From: Bdellovibrionota bacterium FG-1
GTDB lineage: Bacteria > Bdellovibrionota > UBA1018
Assembly: GCA_051382295.1 (NCBI GenBank)
Contig: JBBCAW010000024.1
Coordinates: forward strand, 1-15,362
Length of the DNA stretch: 15,362 nt
Direction: 5' to 3'
Shown here: positions 7,329 to 13,587 of the stretch, piece by piece
Layout: each line of letters starts with the position of its first letter
Position numbering within the stretch: position 1 is the stretch's first letter
The notes under the pieces: generated by a model
What the model saw: only the letters and a program-made list of their open reading frames with translations
What the model was told of the DNA's origin: nothing
The model's database searches: none
Translations under genes and position numbers: made by a program

Positions 7329-8255
7329 ATGCTGCCTTCGGCGTTTTTGTTCGCGATGTTCCTGATTTATGCCAAAGGGGAGATTTCGGGAGCCAAGCTC
7401 GAATCTTTATTTCGAAGGCTGATTGTCGCGATCGCTCTGCTTGTGGCGTTTCCGGAGATTTCTGGTGCGGCCACCGGCTTAGAAATGTATCTCGTGGCTG
7501 CGTTTGGCGGCGAAGCATCCCTGGCCCAAGTCTTTGGCCATGTCGCCACACGGGCTCACGAAATGGCCGGGGCTGGTGGGAGCAACTGGCTCAAGGTGGG
7601 CCAAATCGGGCTCACCCTGATTGCCACTCTTTCATTTTTGATTCTGTCCGTCGTAAGGCATTTTTTGGATGTTCTGCACCTGACTACCTGGAATTTGCTT
7701 CATGTCTTGGGGCCTATTTCTCTGATTGGCTGCCTTTTTGACTCTTGGCAACAGGTGCCCAAGGGGATCTTTGCCGGAATGCTTGAGCTATCGCTCTGGA
7801 AACCCGTTTGGGTGATTTTGGCCCGAATCCTGATTGCGATTGGGTTTGGCGAATCGCCCGCCGATCCGTCGCAGTGGTTTGATACGGCGGTGATGAACTT
7901 CGCCGTGGCAGGATTGATTGCGACCACGCCGCTCATCGTTCATGGGATCTTAAGCGGGACGCTTGCCTCCATCGGGAGCAGTGTTCTTCAGACAGGACTT
8001 GCTGGAACCGGAGCGTTCTTAGCAACCGCACCGATGCGGACGATTCAAGGCGGAATTTCCAAAGGCCGCCACGTGGTTCAAATGGCAGGAGGCCGCGCAT
8101 TATCGCGAATGATGCCCACGCGGCCACAGAACGGCCCACATCCGACATCAGGGGCTCCAAAACACCAACAACCCACTCGAAGTAACGGTCCTGGGGGTGG
8201 CGCAAATCGCCCCCCTATGCAGCCCAATTCGAGTCTAAACAAAGGAAAATACTAA
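7329..8255 (+). CDS. VirB6/TrbL-like polytopic membrane protein (start uncertain)
   Basis: Five or more hydrophobic segments, LLHVLGPISLI core, Gly/Ala- then Pro/Gln-rich C-tail. The frame is open back to 7224. Confidence 0.75.
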   Translation: MLPSAFLFAMFLIYAKGEISGAKLESLFRRLIVAIALLVAFPEISGAATGLEMYLVAAFGGEASLAQVFGHVATRAHEMAGAGGSNWLKVGQIGLTLIATLSFLILSVVRHFLDVLHLTTWNLLHVLGPISLIGCLFDSWQQVPKGIFAGMLELSLWKPVWVILARILIAIGFGESPADPSQWFDTAVMNFAVAGLIATTPLIVHGILSGTLASIGSSVLQTGLAGTGAFLATAPMRTIQGGISKGRHVVQMAGGRALSRMMPTRPQNGPHPTSGAPKHQQPTRSNGPGGGANRPPMQPNSSLNKGKY

Positions 8256-8259
8256 TTTT

Positions 8260-8853
8260 ATGGATTATTTAAAACCCATTGAACAACTGAAATCTCGAAT
8301 CAAATTCAATCAAAGCGTGATCTTTAGCCTCCTCGTCCTGATTGGAGTGCTTTTGGTCGTCGTCCCTCACGTTTTAAAAGGAGAACCCTATCTTGTAGAA
8401 GCCGTGGACGGGCTTCCTCAGATTTTAAAATCCGAACCTTGGCGGCTCAGTACGAGTCGGATAAGGGGATTTTCTCGGGCCTATCTGGAAGCCCGTTTTC
8501 ATTGGTCACCCGAAAGCATGGGTCAAGCCCGAAGTCGGTTTGAACCCCTCACAACCGAGGCCGTCTTTGCCAAACTCAAGGATTCACTCTCAGTCAATGA
8601 GGCGATTGCTCAAAATCAAAAGGCCGAGAGCTTTTACATCATCGAGCGTGAAACGTACTCCAAAGCCATGGACGGGGCCGAGTTACAAATCACCCGAGTT
8701 TTGAGAATTCGCAACGTCGGGATCGCCACACCGCTGATCATCAAACTGACGATCCAAGCCGCCCCCATCACGGATCAAAACCCCTATGGCTTTGTCGTGT
8801 CTGGGCTTGAAGAAGAGGAGGCTCACGAGGCCACCGAGGGGGAAAAGCATTGA
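8260..8853 (+). CDS. VirB8 / TraE-like bitopic protein
   Basis: N-terminal TM. C-terminal TDQNPYGFVV matches the VirB8 NPxG motif. Confidence 0.75.
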   Translation: MDYLKPIEQLKSRIKFNQSVIFSLLVLIGVLLVVVPHVLKGEPYLVEAVDGLPQILKSEPWRLSTSRIRGFSRAYLEARFHWSPESMGQARSRFEPLTTEAVFAKLKDSLSVNEAIAQNQKAESFYIIERETYSKAMDGAELQITRVLRIRNVGIATPLIIKLTIQAAPITDQNPYGFVVSGLEEEEAHEATEGEKH

Positions 8854-9548
8854 ACCCAATTCACGTCTTTACCTGGATGGTGGCTCTTCTTGCATTTGCC
8901 CCGCTCAGTCAAGCAGGGCAGGTGCGCAAGATTGAACTCACGGAAGATCATCCGGCAACGGTGACGCTAGCGCTGGGGCGTTCAACTGCGATTTCGTTTT
9001 TGTCCCGACCGGAAAAAGTAGTTCCAGGATCACCCCAAGCCATTCAGATCAATTTTGTGGGCAGTGACCTTACCGTCACGCCAGTTAGTCGTAAGCCCGG
9101 CAATCTGCTCGTTTACACGAAGTCAGCTCGCTACGTGATCCTGTTTGTGATTGGGGGTGATTCTCACTATGACGATGTGGTGAAGGTGGGAACCATGGGC
9201 CGGGGGCACCCGCTTCGGCTCCTCACTGACTCATTCCGTTTGGTGAGCTTCAAAGTGGTAGCAAAATCGCAGGCTGGCGAGCCGATTGGCGGCATACCGA
9301 GGGAACTTACCCTGCGTCTCATGACCAATGAGCGCGAAATATCGGGCCCGGACCTCGATGAGCTTTGGGGTCTGCCAGGCGTCATGACCGGCGCATCCAA
9401 GACCAAACTCCATTGTGAGGGGTGCCTGGTTCGAATCAATCTTCGAATCAATCAGGGAGGGATTCGAATCACCTGCATCAAACCCATCGAAAAGATTCAT
9501 TGTGAATCCAAGACGGTAGGCCTGGATTTGGAAAGGAGTGTCCCATGA
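8850..9548 (+). CDS. VirB9 / TraK-like secreted core-complex protein
   Basis: Signal peptide SQA|G, beta-rich N-domain (VTLALGRSTAISF...GNLLVYT), position between virB8- and virB10-like genes. Confidence 0.6.
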   Translation: MNPIHVFTWMVALLAFAPLSQAGQVRKIELTEDHPATVTLALGRSTAISFLSRPEKVVPGSPQAIQINFVGSDLTVTPVSRKPGNLLVYTKSARYVILFVIGGDSHYDDVVKVGTMGRGHPLRLLTDSFRLVSFKVVAKSQAGEPIGGIPRELTLRLMTNEREISGPDLDELWGLPGVMTGASKTKLHCEGCLVRINLRINQGGIRITCIKPIEKIHCESKTVGLDLERSVP

Positions 9549-10450
9549 GTGGCTCCGTACAAAATGACGGTTGGACCCAAAAACCTACGCTCAAAAGTAA
9601 TGGCACCCTGGCAATTCTGACCCTCATCGTGATGGCTTTCACCGGATTTAAATTAAGGCCATACTTGATTCATGCGCCCACAGTCCACGCCTACAACGGG
9701 ACGGAACAAACTCAGCAACGCCACGCGGACGAGGCGGTAAAAAAGGACGGGAGCTTCTCGTTGGTTTCGTCGATGGCAGCGCTACGACAACTCAAATTGG
9801 GCACCGGTGCGCGTTCTTCGTTTCATCCTCACGTTAAAGTCATCGAAAGGCCGCTCATGGATGGACTCACGGTCACGATAAGCGCCACCCTTTCGCGGGG
9901 CGTTTCATCGCTTGAGCCTGATCCAAGTATTGAGGCGGTCCTGGGGGGCCTCATTCGTGCCGAGGAAACTCGCGAACTCGACGACAGCCCCCTACAAGGA
10001 GCTAAACTCGTGGGAATGGCCGTCCCCAATATGGATCTCAAGCGAATGGTTCTGAGATTTTCGGAACTCATCACCCGCGACGGTAGGAGTTACGCCATTC
10101 AGGCCACCGCAATCGACTCAGAAACTCAGACGCAAGGGGTCGCGGCAGAATACTCGTCCGGGCTTGGGTCACGCCTCGCAGGGGTAGGCATCAGCCGGGT
10201 CCTGACTGCCGGAGATCAGATTCTTATGGCCAAGCTCTTGCCGGACTCCGGCAGTGCTTCGGTCGCTCAACAGGCCAGTCATGAGGCCGCACGTCAAATG
10301 AACGACCAAGCGGCTAATGACATTAGTTTAGAAACCACACGCAACCTTCGGGAAACCAAGGCCGAGCTATCACTTGCAGCGGGAACTCCGCTCACGTTAC
10401 GCCTTCGCGCCTTACCCGAACAAACTCAAAGGAGTGATTCCAGCAACTAA
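9545..10450 (+). CDS. VirB10/TrbI/TraB-like core-complex protein
   Basis: N-terminal TM. GAKLVG...KRMVLRFSELITRDG...GVAAEY...LAAGTPLTL pattern of TrbI beta-barrels. Confidence 0.75.
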   Translation: MSGSVQNDGWTQKPTLKSNGTLAILTLIVMAFTGFKLRPYLIHAPTVHAYNGTEQTQQRHADEAVKKDGSFSLVSSMAALRQLKLGTGARSSFHPHVKVIERPLMDGLTVTISATLSRGVSSLEPDPSIEAVLGGLIRAEETRELDDSPLQGAKLVGMAVPNMDLKRMVLRFSELITRDGRSYAIQATAIDSETQTQGVAAEYSSGLGSRLAGVGISRVLTAGDQILMAKLLPDSGSASVAQQASHEAARQMNDQAANDISLETTRNLRETKAELSLAAGTPLTLRLRALPEQTQRSDSSN

Positions 10451-10505
10451 ACCTAATCGTTTTAAAAACGTAAAACTGCTTGTCCGATATACCGGAGTGA
10501 CGGTC

Positions 10506-11810
10506 ATGCAGTTTTTTTCTAATCCGGAATATTTTTATATTTGGCTCATCGCAAGCTCGCTTGCCGTGGGCTATTTTGAAACCATCAACTATTGGTATTG
10601 GGCCGCCATCGGCGTGTTCAATCTATGTGTCGGAATCCTTGCCGTAGGCTCCGTCGTTCGGGTCGTAGACCGGGCGATGATGAGTCTAGGCCTTGGATTC
10701 GAGAAAACCGGCTACGGGCTCCCCACCTGGATCGTTAGGGGAGCCCGACCTTTCCAACAAGAAACTATTCGGGTTAAGTCGGCGGGATTTGCCGCATCCG
10801 ACTTTGAAAAACACCTCGATCAGATTTCTTCGCGCCTGTGTCTCCCAATTGAAACAGTACGAAAACTGTCGCCTGCCGTCCCAATCATCGAGTTTGTCAC
10901 CAAGAATGCACGGGCACCCAACACGTTGGATTACACGAGTCTCAAGCTCGAAGATCTCAAACCCGGAGAGTTCTATGTTGGCTTGGACGGGGTTAAAATG
11001 GTCAGAAAGTTCCTCGCTGATTTGCCGCACATGATTACTGCCGGGCAGACAGGATCAGGAAAGACAAACTTTATCCTGCAACTTCTCGTTACGATTTTAA
11101 GCCGAACTCCGTGGGCTCACATTTGCATGATTGACATGAAAGGGGGCGTAGACTTCCATGCCTTTAACGGTTTGGCCAATTTTGAAATGTTCATTAATCG
11201 CGAGGACGCCGCAAGTTGTATCCAGTCGATCGAAACAATATACGATGCACGCAACCTGTATTTACGGAAAAAAAAGTTGATCAACTGGAGCCTCCTTTCC
11301 ATAAAAGAGCTGTCCTCCGATCCCGCCATGAAAGGATTGCCCATTGGGCCGCTTCTTCTTGTATTTGACGAGCTTGCAGAGCTTTCTTGGAAAGCCAACA
11401 CTGCAAATCAGGGCGAAGAATTACAAGAACAACTGGCGTCGTTCACGCGTAAATGCCGCCACGCTGGAATCCACCTCGTTTTTGGGTGCCAACGGCCGGA
11501 CAAGAAGGTTCTGGGCATGCAGAGCAAGGATAACTGTCCTGCCCGTATTTGCTTTTCCGTTCCCTCCGTGGCCGCAAGTAATACGGTGCTCGGTAATATG
11601 ATGGCAACAACGCTTGGAGGGCATCGAGGGCGGGCCGTCTTTCAACTTGGGGATAATACTATTGTTCAAACACCCTATATTCGGACTGCCACGATCCAAG
11701 ACATGATGACGCAGGTGAAGGAGCGGATGACGCGCAATAAATATGATCGTCGCGTGGTTCAGCCGATTCAGATCACTCAAATCGCACAAGGCGGAGGGCA
11801 CCTAAGATGA
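10506..11810 (+). CDS. FtsK/SpoIIIE-family ATPase (TcpA-like candidate coupling protein / DNA translocase)
   Basis: Two N-terminal TMs, PHMITAGQTGSGKT, IDMKGGVDF, LLVFDELAEL, RHAGIHLVFGCQRP, GRAVF. Start set at ATG 10506 (SD GGAG). Confidence 0.88.
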   Translation: MQFFSNPEYFYIWLIASSLAVGYFETINYWYWAAIGVFNLCVGILAVGSVVRVVDRAMMSLGLGFEKTGYGLPTWIVRGARPFQQETIRVKSAGFAASDFEKHLDQISSRLCLPIETVRKLSPAVPIIEFVTKNARAPNTLDYTSLKLEDLKPGEFYVGLDGVKMVRKFLADLPHMITAGQTGSGKTNFILQLLVTILSRTPWAHICMIDMKGGVDFHAFNGLANFEMFINREDAASCIQSIETIYDARNLYLRKKKLINWSLLSIKELSSDPAMKGLPIGPLLLVFDELAELSWKANTANQGEELQEQLASFTRKCRHAGIHLVFGCQRPDKKVLGMQSKDNCPARICFSVPSVAASNTVLGNMMATTLGGHRGRAVFQLGDNTIVQTPYIRTATIQDMMTQVKERMTRNKYDRRVVQPIQITQIAQGGGHLR

Positions 11811-12670
11811 GAATACACACCACCTACCTACTTTATCAGGTGAGCCGATTTGGCGTTCTGAGGACTACTGAACTCGAATCCCTTTGCGCTGATAAATGTG
11901 GAAAGACCATTCTGTATGCCAATCTCAAAGAGCTGATTCAGCATAGGTATATCGAACGGTTTTGTCATCCTGAGATCTACCGAACCGCTTATCGAGCTAC
12001 CCCTATCGGCGTTAAATCGGCGTTTGGGCGTGACTCTGTCGAGCTACCCCGGTTTCGTGATTTGGAATCCAAACATGCCTTGCGTGTGGCCCAGACTTTG
12101 ATCAACCTGGCCCGATTCGAGAACGTTAGCGGTTTTGCAACAGCGCTGGAATTACCCGATGAATCAATGCGCAAATTTTCTCATCCAAAGGTCCCGGATG
12201 GGATCATTCAGTTATCACGAGGCAATGCCAGCTATGAGGTTGCCATTGAGGTAGAAGTAACACCAAAAACCAATCAAAGGTGTGATGACTTCTTGGACAA
12301 GTACCAGGAGGCGTTTCTTCATTCGTCCTATTGTAGTGGAGTGATCGTCGTTTGTGACGCGAACGATATCTATGATCGCTACTCGACTCATCTTGAAAAA
12401 CGAGACGAATCCTTCAAGGATCGGGTCCTGTTGATTCGAGGGCCTGGGCTCGAATCCCTGAATCCAGTAATCTACGGTACCCCCCGGAATAACCCCGGAA
12501 AATGCGGTGAATTACGCCGAAGTCATTTCGGGGCGGTAATCTCATATTTCCCAATAGTTTCCGCAAATCGAGACCAAAAAGCAGATTCTGTACCCCCACA
12601 AAATGGGGGGCAGTCAGAATTTTTGACAAATAAGGAGTTTTTGCAGCCAATCAGTCATTCAGGCACCTAG
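11807..12670 (+). CDS. Replication-relaxation (Replic_Relax)-like protein: winged HTH plus PD-(D/E)xK domain
   Basis: wHTH-like N-terminus (RFGVLRTTEL...LKELIQHRYI...YRATPIG), then HALRVAQ, KVPDGII, VAIEVEVTPKTNQR...KY. ATGA-coupled to the FtsK gene. Confidence 0.72.
   Translation: MRIHTTYLLYQVSRFGVLRTTELESLCADKCGKTILYANLKELIQHRYIERFCHPEIYRTAYRATPIGVKSAFGRDSVELPRFRDLESKHALRVAQTLINLARFENVSGFATALELPDESMRKFSHPKVPDGIIQLSRGNASYEVAIEVEVTPKTNQRCDDFLDKYQEAFLHSSYCSGVIVVCDANDIYDRYSTHLEKRDESFKDRVLLIRGPGLESLNPVIYGTPRNNPGKCGELRRSHFGAVISYFPIVSANRDQKADSVPPQNGGQSEFLTNKEFLQPISHSGT
12585..12620. repeat. Stem-loop within the 3' end of the Replic_Relax-like gene
   Basis: ATTCTG-TA-CCCCCA-CAAAA-TGGGGG-GCAGT-CAGAAT. 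Confidence 0.45.
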
Positions 12671-13014
12671 TGCCAGTCGTATTATTGTTATCTGCTTGTT
12701 CGCATCATCAGGCAGTGAAAGATGGAAATGAAAGCAGGGCAAAGCTTGGAACCGATGCGGTCCAAGAAGCCGTTGTATTTGAGCCAGGAACGAAGGATGG
12801 CGCGGTTGTCCCAGAGATCTCAGCGCCAAGCCTTCGGGCCATTATTGTCGAGGAGAGGATTGAGGGCAACCGCCTCATCGAGCGCCATCGCGAGTGGATA
12901 TTGGAAGGCGACGTGCAGTTGATCGGGATTCCAAAGAGTGTTTCCAAGGCTGTGAAGGAGCCGATTAAGGGCGCATCGGCCAAGGCAAGTAGTGGAGGTT
13001 CCCATGAGAATTAA
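12670..13014 (+). CDS. Lipoprotein, TraV/VirB7-like (start uncertain)
   Basis: Lipobox LSA|C. APSLRAIIVEERIEGNRLIERHREWIL resembles the TraV beta-hairpin core. Confidence 0.55.
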   Translation: MPVVLLLSACSHHQAVKDGNESRAKLGTDAVQEAVVFEPGTKDGAVVPEISAPSLRAIIVEERIEGNRLIERHREWILEGDVQLIGIPKSVSKAVKEPIKGASAKASSGGSHEN

Positions 13015-13357
13015 ACTCACTGGAGAGGCCGAGAAGGCCATGGGTCTGATTGTCGATCAAATTCTCAAACAAAATCCATTTATCGAGCGGGACAATAGCC
13101 GTCTTATCAGCGCGATTGTGGTGACCCTTCAACGATATCTGCAACCCAGGTATAGGGACGAACTGATTCAGGCGATTTCAACGCCTGAGTCGGCCCGGCT
13201 TTCACTCATGCGGGAGGTAGAAATCCTGAGCCAGGGGATGGATGCCGACGCCATTCGGGGACTTGAATCGACGGTGCGTAAGCTTCGCGCTCAGGGGGCA
13301 AGCGGGGTGGGTGTAAAAAAATCAGCCGATAAAACTGAGGAGAATGTGTCGGGGTAA
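13004..13357 (+). CDS. Hypothetical protein (117 aa), possibly ribbon-helix-helix-like
   Basis: SD GGAGG and ATG 13004. The N-terminal strand-helix pattern MRIKLTGEAEKAM...SRLISAIV is only suggestive. Confidence 0.6.
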   Translation: MRIKLTGEAEKAMGLIVDQILKQNPFIERDNSRLISAIVVTLQRYLQPRYRDELIQAISTPESARLSLMREVEILSQGMDADAIRGLESTVRKLRAQGASGVGVKKSADKTEENVSG

Positions 13358-13383
13358 CGGTTACACAAAAAGCCTCAAAACCT

Positions 13384-13587
13384 TTGACACCAGGACCCAA
13401 AAAGCTCATCGAACCAGAAATTAATTCGGCGAATTTACCGAAAAAAACGCCAGATTTTTCCATTTGGGAGAAAAAATATGGTAGAGAATTAAGTGAGTTG
13501 GAGAGAGTGGAAATTCGAGAAAACTGTTTAGGGTTAATGCGAATTTTAATCTCCGAACATCAAAGGGAGTCGAAATATCATGGCTGA
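13384..13587 (+). CDS. Small integrase-adjacent protein (candidate recombination directionality factor)
   Basis: WEKKYGRELSELERVEIRENCLGLMRILI. Overlaps the recombinase start by 8 bp. Start uncertain. Confidence 0.6.
   Translation: MTPGPKKLIEPEINSANLPKKTPDFSIWEKKYGRELSELERVEIRENCLGLMRILISEHQRESKYHG

Noticed and set aside
10506..11810. Chromosomal FtsK, VirD4 or type VII secretion EccC/EssC
   Set aside because: Single short ATPase domain with no gamma domain and no WXG100 neighbours. The motifs (IDMKGG, GIHLV..QRP) are FtsK/TcpA-type, not VirD4-type.
3787..12983. Many short antisense and alternative-frame ORFs inside the tra genes
   Set aside because: Fully overlapped by well-supported genes and no recognisable motifs.
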